Shown here: positions 23,372-35,517 of the stretch, one piece after another
Position numbering within the stretch: the stretch's first letter is position 1
Layout of the letters: every line of letters starts with the position of its first letter
Assembly (NCBI RefSeq): GCF_006345805.1
Contig: NW_021833296.1
Coordinates: 1-64,000, forward strand
Source of the DNA: Octopus sinensis
Lineage: Eukaryota
Length of the DNA: 64,000 nucleotides
Direction of reading: 5' to 3'
Translations under genes and position numbers: made by a program
Notes under the pieces: generated by a model
What the model was told of the DNA's origin: nothing
What the model saw: the letters and a program-made list of their open reading frames with translations, nothing else
Databases searched by the model: none

Positions 23372-23810
23372 CACTCACACATACATCCATATATAACATA
23401 CGACAGGTTTCCGCACAGTTTCCGTCTATCAAATTCCCTCACAAGGCATTGGTCGACCTGAGGCTGTATTAGACGATGCATATTAGAGTGCGGCGAGCTG
23501 GCAGAAACGTTAGCGCGCCGGGTGAAATGCTTAGCGGTATTTCGTCTGTCGTTACCTTCTGAGTTCAAATTCCGCCGAGGTCGACTTTGCCTTTCATCCT
23601 TTCGCGGTCGATAAATAAAGTACCAATTTCGCACTAGGGTCGATGTAATCGACTTAATCCTTTTGTCTGTCCTTGTTTGTCCCCTCTATATTTAGTCCCT
23701 TGTGGGTAGTAATGAAATATATAAATATACAACATAGCCATAGTGTTGCGCGGTAGGGCTGAACCCGAAATCACGTGGTTGCGGAGCGACCTCCTCAACC
23801 ACACAAATAA
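23089..23810 (-). mobile_element. SINE-A-type element interrupted by SINE-B
   Basis: Body ends at ~23480 (GAGGCTGTATTAGA) and head resumes at ~23750 (GGGCTGAACCCG..CCACACA). Confidence 0.75.
23491..23719 (+). mobile_element. SINE-B
   Basis: Complete head, core and TGTCCTTGTTTGTCCCCTCTAT..GTGGG tail. Confidence 0.92.
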
Positions 23811-24021
23811 GCCCGTTTCGATGTATTTACGAATATCATGTCTCTAATAAAATATACAAACTCTGATGTATGCTTTAAGCGCATTTTCTTAGTTTCTAAT
23901 CACAAACGTTTGCAAATACGCACGTGCGCACGCACACATGCATGTATGTACTGATCCAAAAGTTTCAGCACTTAATAAAATTTGCCCGCGTTCACACACA
24001 CACAAACAAACAGCTCCCCTC

Positions 24022-24053
<32 letters not shown>

Positions 24054-24955
24054 TGCATAATCTCTCACAGACATATGCATTTCAAAATGGCGCTGAATTG
24101 ATTCTATACTCTGCAAATTTATCGCCTTATTAGATAGCATGGTAAGCACAGTAGGTGAACTCAGCAAGAAGCAATCTATGGATGGGTTGAGGCCGCCTAT
24201 AGATTGCAATTTTTTTTTTAAAGTCAGTTAAGTACATTTACGCTTTTAACACCCTTGGGTGTCACACAATCTAAATTCTACTTCATTTATTATTCCATAT
24301 GTAGAAAAAAAACATGATTGTTTTCTGTTGTGTACCTTGTATAGATACAGAAATAAAACTCGATTAGGCACGAAATGAAACAGATCAATACAAACACTAG
24401 TCTAGATATTACCTGGCCATTATTGTTGCAGCCCTATTCTGGTTGAGAAGATTTATGACGATAAGTGTCCCGACCCGTTCCCTTTTAAAGATATTATTGT
24501 CTGACTTGAGGGAGATTTGGCTTATATTTCTAACAGAGGAATTGACCGTAAGGTCTCCTTCAATGGATAGCTTGTATTATTCTTTTCTTTTGCTATTTTA
24601 TTTTGGTTTGTATCATATTTCTCTACGGAGATATTGACAGGGTTGAAATCCTACAAACACTAAGGGCTGATGCTATGTCACAACCCTTAAGCTCTTATAC
24701 AGAAAATCGGGCAAATAGACATCTGACATATGTCGTAGGACTATAAATCCATATGTTAGCTTATGAGTACTGAAATGATTACGCCATACAGGGTGTCATA
24801 AATATAGGTCTTCTTTTCTCTTTGTCTGTCTCTGTTTGTGTGCGCCTGGCTGTGAGTTTATATTCGTGAGTGTGTGTGAGTGAGTGTGTGTGTTGTGTGT
24901 GTGTAAGTATGAAAAGCTCACATTGCTTTTGCATCTAGGCATGTATTTATGTACG

Positions 24956-25001
<46 letters not shown>

Positions 25002-25395
25002 TATATACAATGTATATATGTATATATAAATATGAATATATATATATACACATGTATGCATATACATACACATATATATGTGTGTGTATGTGTGCGTGTG
25101 TGTGTGTGAATAGACACACATACCCGCGTACCGCCACACATACGCGTGCGCGAATATATATATATATATATATATACATGTGTGACAAAGAACGAATTAG
25201 GAGGACATCATGTGGTGTAAACCTTTAAACCAATTTCAATAATAAGCACTGATGTGACACCAAAAAAGAAAGACAGATACCCAAAGGGACACAACACATA
25301 CACATATGTATACACATTCGCATTAACCCCCATAATCCCCGCCTCATGTCTCCCCCAAACGCTGGTCACCCTCATAATCTTCATATGTACGTGTT

Positions 25396-26012
25396 TTTTA
25401 TTACTTGTTTCAGTCATTTGAGTGCGGCCATGCTACGGCATCGCTTTTAATCGAGCAAATCGACTCCAGGACTTATTCTAACGGTCTCTCTTGCCGAACC
25501 GCTAATTTACGGGAACGAAAACACACCACCATCGGTTGTCAAGCGATGTTGGGGAACAAACACAGACACACAAATATACATACACGCACACACATATATA
25601 TATAGATTTCTTTATTGCCTTTAAAGATAGAGAGGACAAACAAGGACAGACAAAGAGATTAAGTCGATTACATCGACCCCAGTGCGAAACTGGTATTTTA
25701 TTTATCGACCAGAAAGGATGAAAGGCAAAATCGATCTCGGCGGAATTTGAACTCAGAACATAACGACAGACGAAATACCGCTAAGCATTTCGCCCGGCGC
25801 GCTAACGTGTCTGCCAGCTCGCCGCCTTATACATATACATAGATATATACGACGAGATTCTTTCAGTTTCCGTCTATCAAATCTACTCACAAGGCTTTGG
25901 TCGGTCCGAGGCTATAGTAGAAGTCAATTGCCCAAGGTGCCACGCAGTGGGACTGAACCCGGAGCCATGTGATTGGTAAGCAAGCTACTTATCACACAGC
26001 CACTTCTGTGCC
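25396..26012 (-). mobile_element. SINE-A with SINE-B inserted in its central microsatellite
   Basis: Halves at 25396-25606 and 25829-26012. Confidence 0.88.
25607..25828 (-). mobile_element. SINE-B
   Basis: Complete copy ending AATAAAGAAA on minus strand. Confidence 0.92.
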
Positions 26013-26179
26013 TATTCCATATATATTCGAATGTTATGCTTTTAATAAATTTAACTACGGAAGAATGTTATGAAGATGTTTGTATGATTGTGTGTGTGTA
26101 TGTGAGTGTGTATGTGCGTGCGACTGCGTGTGTACATGTTCGAATATGTTTGCGCGCCCGCGTGTGACTGTGTGTGTGT

Positions 26180-26380
26180 ATGTGTATGCGCGTGAGTGTG
26201 TGTGTATATGTGTGCGCGAGCGCGTGTGTACGTGATCGAGTGTGATTGCGTGAGTGTGTGTGTATGTGTGTGCGCGAGCGCGTGTGTACGTGATCGAGTG
26301 TGATTGCGTGAGTGTGTGTGTATGTGTGTGCGCGAGCGCGTGTGTACGTGATCGAGTGTGATTGCGTGAGTGTGTGCGTG
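26180..26380. repeat. GT-rich minisatellite, ~3 units of ~55 bp
   Basis: GCGCGAGCGCGTGTGTACGTGATCGAGTGTGATTGCGTGAG repeated three times. Confidence 0.9.
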
Positions 26381-26399
26381 TGTGTGTGTGTGTGTGTGC

Positions 26400-26436
<37 letters not shown>

Positions 26437-26562
26437 CGCGCGCGTGTGTTTATGCGTGCTGCGTGAGTTTGCGAGTGTGTGTGTGTATGTGTGTGTAGGT
26501 GAGAGAAAGTCAGGATAGGGTAGAAATTTGCTGTTTAGTTTATATCGGTGTTATTCTGTGAA

Positions 26563-26675
26563 GGCACGTGGCCTAGTGGTTAGGCTGCTGTACTTACGAT
26601 CGCTAGATCGTGGGTTTGATTCTCTGATTGTTTGGCATGTTGTTTTCTGGAGCAAAACACTCCTGCAGCCTTCCA
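26563..26675 (+). mobile_element. Degenerate SINE-D-like tRNA head
   Basis: CGTGGCCTAGTGGTTAGG..GGTTTGATTC..GAGCAAAACAC. Confidence 0.5.
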
Positions 26676-26807
26676 GAAATTTGTTGGAATTCCCAGTATA
26701 CACTCCGACAATTTCAGGTGACCTGACGAGGCGGCCGGCAGTAATTACATTAATTCATTAATTATTGCGTAATTTTTGTGTTCATACAAACCACACACAC
26801 ACACACA

Positions 26808-27009
26808 TACAAAAGTGTGCTGAAAAGTTCCTGGTAAAAGAAAATACAAGCGGCTTAGTTAATTATGATTTTATTCAACTTATACTCTTCTCAGTTTCAC
26901 TCAATTATTGCATCGGTCCTTCTATTTTTCTAAGCCCTATAAAAGAGGTCGGAAGGTTGGGCCTCCAACCTGGCCTTTTGCGCTACTCTTAAGTCAGCTA
27001 CCTCTCGTA
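26808..27009. mobile_element. Mariner-derived MITE
   Basis: TAC..GTGCTGAAAAGTTCCTGG left end, CAGC..CCTCTCGTA right end; minus strand retains a broken transposase C-terminus (LEAQPS...). Confidence 0.7.
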
Positions 27010-27093
27010 AAGTTAGATGACGGGATCTTAGATGCATTGAGGTTCAAAAAGGAAAGAAAAAAATTATAGTTACAAATGGAATACATCTTGATT

Positions 27094-27526
27094 GGGATCT
27101 TTTCGGTTTGAACGGCAGTTTTTAACATAATTTCTAGGTAACTAAAAAAATGTTAAACTTCGTATACTGGTAGAATGTGTTTATAAAACATCTTTTTCTC
27201 TTGACTTTATTGAGCAAATTCATATAGTTTGTAAGATATTTGTTGTTGTTTTTTCTTTCAATATCTGCAATTTCAACCAGTCACTGACGTCTATTGAGGT
27301 AAAAAAAAAAACATTCTGTGCCATATGAATATGTCCCTCGTTTATGAAACAGATTGAGTTTATTTACATTTGTGAAGAAAAAAAGATAACCTTCCCCCCA
27401 CCACTAACCCTAACTAACCCTAACCCTAAAACATTGAAATGCAATAGATCGATACTAGGGTCATAATTATGGGTGACAATTTCATATGACACCGCTAGAA
27501 AAAACTTTTCAAACCGAAAAGATCCC
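27094..27526. mobile_element. Non-autonomous TIR element GGGATCTTTTCGGTTTGAA..TTCAAACCGAAAAGATCCC
   Basis: Perfect 19-bp TIR; internal AAACTTCGTATACTGGT.GAATGT shared with the 6025-7078 foldback; internal (CCCTAA) repeats. Confidence 0.85.
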
Positions 27527-27849
27527 TTGTTTGTATTTAAACATAAACAATATGTGAGATCACTATATGGATCCCTTGTATACTAAAAATAGACGTCAAA
27601 TCGTCTTACCACTAAATCTGTGTTCTCAACTTGGTAACACGCTAATTAATTATATTAATAATATTAATTTCTACTCTTATAATCTTGATTGTATGTTTAC
27701 TTCTTTAGGGCTGAAGTACACTTTAACAACAACAATTGCAATTAAATAATCTGTCTTTTGTAATTATCAAAGTTGTTTAGCTCAAAGAACACCTTGATTT
27801 AGCAGACAATGATCAGATTTACAAGTCTTAGCCATTCCAAGTTCGAGGT

Positions 27850-28026
27850 AAGAGTTACATCGATAATATCGACCCCCAGTGCTCAACCAGTACTTATTTT
27901 AATCGACCCTGAAATGATGAAAGGCAAACTCGACCTCGGTGGAATTTGAACTCGAAACGTAAAGACGGACGAGATGCCACTAATAATTTTGTCCGGCATG
28001 CTAACAATTCTGCCAGCTTGCCGCTT
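27850..28026 (-). mobile_element. SINE-B, alternative-tail variant
   Basis: Head and core blocks in reverse orientation. Confidence 0.78.
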
Positions 28027-28723
28027 TACGTGCTGCTGCTCTGTAATATGAAAGAAATGTCCAACTCAAAATGTTCCACTTCCGGTACTGAAGTTTATGG
28101 CTTGTGTGTGTGTTTGTCTCACACACACACACACACACACTCTCTCTCTCTCTACCTATCAATCTCTTTCTTTCATCTTTCTTTCATCTTTCTTTCTTTC
28201 TTTCTTTCTCTCTCTCTCTTTTTTTATTTCTCTCTTTCTCTCTTTCTTTCTCTCTTTCTCTCTTTCTTTCTCTCTTTCTCTCTTTCTTTCTCTCTTTCTC
28301 TTTTTCTCTCTCTTTCTCTCTCTTTTTCTCTCTTTCTCTCTCTTTATATATATCTCTCTCTCTCTATCTCTCTCTCTCTCTGACGCAGATACAGATAGAC
28401 GGATACAGACAGAAAGGAGAGGGGAAAACCATCCGTCAACATATGAAAAGAAGTGACATTATTAAAATAGGCCATACACCCCGTTGTCAGAAATTAATGA
28501 TGAATTATAACGGGTGGATAGATTTTGTCTCCTGCTATACTCTAATCGATTACTGAAACTATTGTTGTCCTGCTTGTTACTATGATGATGATGATGATGA
28601 TGATGAAGAGGACAACCACGACGATGACGATGATGGTGAAGGTAATGGTGCAGTTTCTAATGATGATAATTTTAACGATGATGTTAGTAATCAGCTAAGA
28701 TTAAAACGTTTATGAATTTATAC

Positions 28724-28954
28724 TATTTCTTTACTACCCGCAAAGGGCTAAACACAGAGAGGACAAACAAGGACAGACAAACGGATTAAGTCGATTATAT
28801 TGACCCCAGTGCGAAAATGGTACTTAATTCATCGACCCCGAAAGAATGAAAGGCAAAGTCGACCTCGGCGTAATTTGAACTCAGAACGTAACGGCAGACG
28901 AAATACGGCCGCGCATTTCGCCCGGCGTGCTAACGTTTCTGCCAGCTCGCCGCC
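28724..28954 (-). mobile_element. SINE-B with 14-bp TSD
   Basis: TTATGAATTTATAC at 28710-28723 and 28955-28968. Confidence 0.93.
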
Positions 28955-29805
28955 TTATGAATTTATACGTACATCTCAGTCTCTTGCTTCTCCTCCCCAC
29001 CCGGACGTCCTCTGCCCCTACATCATCATCATCATCATCATCATCACCGTCATCAAAATCATCAGTTGCCACCGGAGAACTCAACAAATAAATAATGCGT
29101 TGTTGCTTGGCAGCAAGAAGCACCTGTCTCACTCATAGGAACCACTGAAGTCGTGGTTCTCAGCCGAAGGCCTTTTCAGATTTTGGTGGATCCATGCTAG
29201 TACAACCGTAAAATTGGTATCCACAGCAGTGGATCCGTGAAAGAAAAAACAAAAGCAAAACAAAACAAAAAACAAACAAACAAAAACAATAAAAAATAAT
29301 TGATTTAGATGTATTTATTGCTGGAAACGGTTGGGTTTTTTTCTCCAATGTTTCACGAAGTTAACAAGTTTCCGACCTCTGAACCATACTCTTGCAGAGG
29401 GTGCACTTGCAAACCTACACAAATGAACGTGTGAGAAACAAAACAAGAATATTGAAAGCAGATTTTAGACGTTCGATGAGTATCGAGGTCCACCGGAATA
29501 AAATAGTAATCCAAGGGTACCATAGATAAAAAAAGGAAATGTTTGAGAAGCAACGGCACAAACGTGTATTGGTCTGTAGCGTAACTGGGGCGGGGGGCAC
29601 ATGGGTGGCACGTTCCCCCCTGCCGATTAATGGGGCGCAGATTGAAAGGGGGGCGCCTCATCAAAAGTAAGAAACATGAGATTTAAACAATTGTATTTGT
29701 TTTAATTGCATCTCATTTCACACGTTAGGGTTTTTTAATGTTTCAGTCGAGGAAGCTGGTGCGTTAAACGGTTAAAATAAGGAGGTTCCGTAAAAGTAAG
29801 TGGAA

Positions 29806-29908
29806 GTGCGTGGTTTAATGGTTAGGGTGTTGGACTCATGATCGCAGGATTGTGGTTTCGATTCCTGGACCGGGCAACGCGTTGTGTTCTTGACCGGGCA
29901 ACGCGTTG

Positions 29909-29939
<31 letters not shown>

Positions 29940-30135
29940 TGTGTGTGTAATTGTGTGTCTGTATTTGTCGTCCCACCATCGCTTGACAAACGATGTTGGT
30001 GTGTTTACGTCCCCGTAACTTAGCGGTTCGGCAAAAGAATGCAATAGAATAACTCCTGGAATCGATTTGTTCCACTAAAGGCGGTGCTCCAGCATGGCCG
30101 CAGTCAAATTACTAAAACAAGTAGTAGAAAAGAAG
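29806..30135 (+). mobile_element. Chimeric SINE: SINE-D head fused to SINE-A 3' half
   Basis: GTGGTTTAATGGTTAGGGTGTTGGACTCATGATCG head, GT microsatellite, then CCATCGCTTGACAAACGATG..CAGTCAAAT tail. Confidence 0.8.
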
Positions 30136-31132
30136 AATATATACATATATATAAGCTCCTGCATATATGTATACTTTTCTTTTACTCTTTTACTTGTTTC
30201 AGCCACGTGGCCGTGCTCATGCTGGAGCTTATATATATATATATATATAATATACCAAACAATTACAAAGAATACGGAGACTGATATACTTTCAAATTTC
30301 CTTTTAATTTAAGTTAGTTATACAGCATAATTAGTTAGTTAAACAAAATTAACTAATTACGTGTTATGACTAACTGTAATATCAAAAAAGAAAAAATACG
30401 ATGTACCAGTTTTCGCATTCTTTGTAACTGTTTGGTACTTGCACTCTCAAAAAATGTTCATGATCCAGATCTGCGAACCTGGGTTCACTTATCAGAATTG
30501 CAGTATCACAGTGGGGCGCACATGCAAGCTAACAGACGAATGCTTTGCTATATAAAATGTACCCACTCACTTGAATACGTATGTTACGTAGGCGTGCGTG
30601 TACAATTATGCTTGTGAATGTGTGTGTATGTGTATGTTAGTGTGTGTGTGTGTGAATGAGTTTGCAAAGCGGTGGACAAGCAAAGCAAGCACAGAAAGCC
30701 GACTCACGTGATTCGCTTTGCGACAGGAGAAAAGTGAACGCGCCAAGAACCGATATCGCTAAAGTTTGAAATAGAGAACAAACAGCAGGTCGATAGTCGA
30801 AAAACTATAAGACAAGCGAATAATAAGATAAATAAAACACACGTTGCAGAATGCTACAAGTGCGCGCGGGCTCACACACGACTCACACACGCACGGATGG
30901 ATGCACGGACGCACACATACGCACACGCTTACACACGCTCACACACGCTCACATACATACGCATGCATATCTGCACACCCATACATATATGTTGCACTTT
31001 CTTCGGATCGAAGTATTTGAAAGAAGGTAAAATTGGAAGAAAAAAAAAAATTTCTTTTCTCTTTTGTATCTGTATTCACTACATTAAAAATTTGCATTGC
31101 ACTGCTTTTCCAGAAAATCTCCCCCCCCCCAA

Positions 31133-32211
<1,079 letters not shown>

Positions 32212-32220
32212 TTCTCTTCT

Positions 32221-32497
32221 TCCGACCAGGCTATCAGATGTTGCTACACATCGCTGGTCACAATGCGCTTCGCAATGTTTTACCCTTCAAATGACACCAT
32301 CCCGCTGGCTAAGCGAGCAGGCCAACAGAAGAAAGAGTGAGAGAAAGTTGTGGCGAAAGAGTACAGCAGGGATCGCCACCAGCCCTTGCCGGAGCTTTGT
32401 GAATCTTTAGGTGTTTTCGCTCAATAAACACTCACAACGCCCGGTCTGGGAATCGAAACCGCGATCCTACAAGTGCGAGTCCGCTGCCCTAACCACT
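32221..32497 (-). mobile_element. SINE-C
   Basis: Matches 8441-8730. Confidence 0.88.
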
Positions 32498-32660
32498 GCC
32501 CCCCCCCACATATATATATACATAATTAATAAAAGGGTAAACTGGAATATTAGAAATTTCCATTACCAGTGGCCTAGTGTGTAAGAATTCGGAGTTTAAA
32601 TGTCCTCTCTTGCGTGCGGGTAGTCCTGTGTTGGCTACCTCTTACGTGTTTAAATGTACA

Positions 32661-32692
<32 letters not shown>

Positions 32693-32693
<1 letters not shown>

Positions 32694-32856
32694 CGAAGAG
32701 GTTCTTTCAGTGTCTGTCTACCAAATTTAGTCACAAGTCTTTGGTCGGCCCGAGGCTATAGTAGAAAACACTTGCCCAAGGTACCATGCAGTGGAACTGA
32801 ACCCGGACCCATGTAGCTGGAAAGCAAGCATCCTACCACACAGCAAAACCTGCGGC
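32693..32856 (-). mobile_element. SINE-A 5' half
   Basis: Head and CCAAGGT..TGGAACTGAACCCGG blocks. Confidence 0.8.
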
Positions 32857-32859
32857 TAT

Positions 32860-32952
<93 letters not shown>

Positions 32953-33356
32953 TATATATATATAAAAGTACATTTTTCTGTCGAGGGCTTATATGCCCCA
33001 TTATTAGATTATTTTCCTTAGTCATCTTTAAGCTTATAGAAAAAAAAAACCCAGGAAAAATACCCTCGTTATTATTTACAGAATTGTAAAACTCGACACC
33101 GCTTAACAAAGCCATTCGCGTATATATATACACGACGAGATTTTTCCAGTTTTACCTCTGCCAAATTCACTCACAAGGCTTCGGTCGGTCCGAGGCTACA
33201 GAAGAAGACACTTGCCAAAGGTGGCACGCACTTAAGAGGTATCCATCATGGGATTCCTTGCACGTTAGAAAGGACAGTTAAATTCCAAACCACTATTAGG
33301 GATGAATTTTCGAAGGGAATTAAAAATATAAATATTATTAATAGTATATATATGTA

Positions 33357-33748
33357 GGCGCAGCAGTGGCAGGAGTTGCTTACAAACCACATGGTTCCGG
33401 GTTCAATCTCACTGCGTGGCACCTTGGGCAAGTGCCTTCTACTATAGCCTCGAGCCGACCAAAGCCTTGTGAGTGGATTTAGGCGGAAACTGAAAGAAGC
33501 CCGTCGTATATATGTATGTATATATGTATGTATATGTTTGTGTGTCTGTGTTTGTCTCCCCAGCATCGCTTGGCAACCGATGCTGGTGTGTTTACGTCCC
33601 CGTCACTTAGCGTTTCTGCAATAGATCCCGATAGAATAAGTAGTAGGCTTACAAAGCATAAGTCCTGGAGTCGATTTGCTCGACTGAAGGCTGTGCTCCA
33701 GCATGGCCGGCCGCAGTCAAATGACTGAAACAAATAAAAGAATAGAAT
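33357..33748 (+). mobile_element. SINE-A
   Basis: Complete, with CCTTGGGCAAGTG (CORE-like) motif. Confidence 0.92.
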
Positions 33749-33808
33749 ATTTATATTACACAGAGAAAGAGGGAGAGAGAGAGAGAGGATAAGAGAGAGA
33801 GAAAGAAG

Positions 33809-33847
<39 letters not shown>

Positions 33848-34247
33848 GGAGAAGTCTTTGAAAAGATTGAGAAATGGAATAGAAAGACAGATGCAATGCA
33901 ACGTCTGTAAACAAACACATGCACGCACACACGCGCACATACCTATACGCAAACACATATACGCACACACACATATGACATGCATCGGTTTTGATTAACA
34001 CATTAAAAGATTACCGCTTGGACTCACTAAATGTATATGGATAAGAATGAACATCCCAAGATCCGCTTCCTCGGCCGCTTCTAAAAGACGTTTACGCTTA
34101 GTATTGCTTTCGCCGAGAATGGCATGGGAAACTACTCCGATCTCATCTGTGACTAGCTTAACAAATTTATAGAACAGAAGCTCAGTGACTATACGTTGGT
34201 TTATATGTATGCATGCGTGTATTCATATACATATGTATGTACGTATG

Positions 34248-34322
<75 letters not shown>

Positions 34323-34323
34323 G

Positions 34324-34355
<32 letters not shown>

Positions 34356-34358
<3 letters not shown>

Positions 34359-34463
34359 TTTTTATTTCTTTTGTTTTTTTGTTTTTTTTCATCCCCCAAA
34401 AGAAAAGCTCTACCTTGTAACTTGTCCCATCTGTGTGCAGCCCTGTGTGGCCAATAAAGAAAC

Positions 34464-34464
<1 letters not shown>
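34356..34464 (+). mobile_element. Tx1-like LINE family 2, 3' tip only, inside (TATC)n
   Basis: GAAAAGCTCTACCTTGTAACTTGTCCCATCTGTGTGCAGCCCTGTGTGGCCAATAAAGAAAC identical to the reverse complement of the left end of 42825-43409. Confidence 0.85.
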
Positions 34465-34539
<75 letters not shown>

Positions 34540-35517
34540 ATGTGTGTGTGTATACTTTATTTAAAAGCAGTCGAAATATCACAAAAACTGTTACTCAGAG
34601 TTTCACGTTTTCGTTCGTCGGACAGTTTTGTTAGAATGGAACAGAGTAATATTGTCGAATGAAGTAACTTTGGCAATCTGGGCTTCCTACACTGGGTGTG
34701 AGAGTCAGATCTCTCCTTTCGAACACAGGAACAGTTTCGAAACATTGTTTACAAAATAATAGCAGATCATTTGCGAAGGAGCATGGATTTTTTTCTCTGG
34801 TAAGTTTTCCTACTATGCATCATACTACGATGTATAAAACAGTGAATGACATGATATGCGTGCATTATATTACACGTTTATTAGAATGGAACCCCAAATT
34901 TTATTTTATATTACCGATTTATGACTTTATTCGTGTCAGGTCATGTCTCAAATGAAGTAACTTTGGCAACCTGGGCCTCCTACACTGAATGTGAGAGTCA
35001 GATCTCTCCTTTCGAACACATGAACAGTTTCGAAACATTGTTTACAAAATAATAAGCTGATCACTTGCGCAGGAGAGTGTCTACCTATTTCTTTACTACC
35101 CACAAGAGGTGAAACATAGAAGGGACAAACAAGGACAGACAAACGGATTAAGTCGATTACATCGACCCAGTGCGTAACTGGTACTTAATTTATCGACCCC
35201 GAAAGGATGAAAGGTAAAGTCGACCTCGGCGGAATTTGAACTCAGAACGTAGCGCCAGACGAAATACGAATTTCTTTATTGCCCACCGGGGGCCAAACAT
35301 AGATATGGACAGTACAACTGATGGGATCAGTGAATCGATATGATTTTACATAAATGTGACATCAAAAATAAAATACAATACATAAAAATCGAATGGAATA
35401 CACAGTACAAAAACAATACAAATGAAGCGATGATCAAGTTACGCTCCGATCCCACAAGCCCCGATCTACCGCTGATACCTTTTTATTTTTCCTTTTTTTT
35501 TTTTTTCCCTCGTCTAT

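Noticed and set aside
24420-24600. Possible Penelope endonuclease C-terminus (SDNNIFKRERV) on the minus strand
   Set aside because: Resemblance too weak without a profile search.
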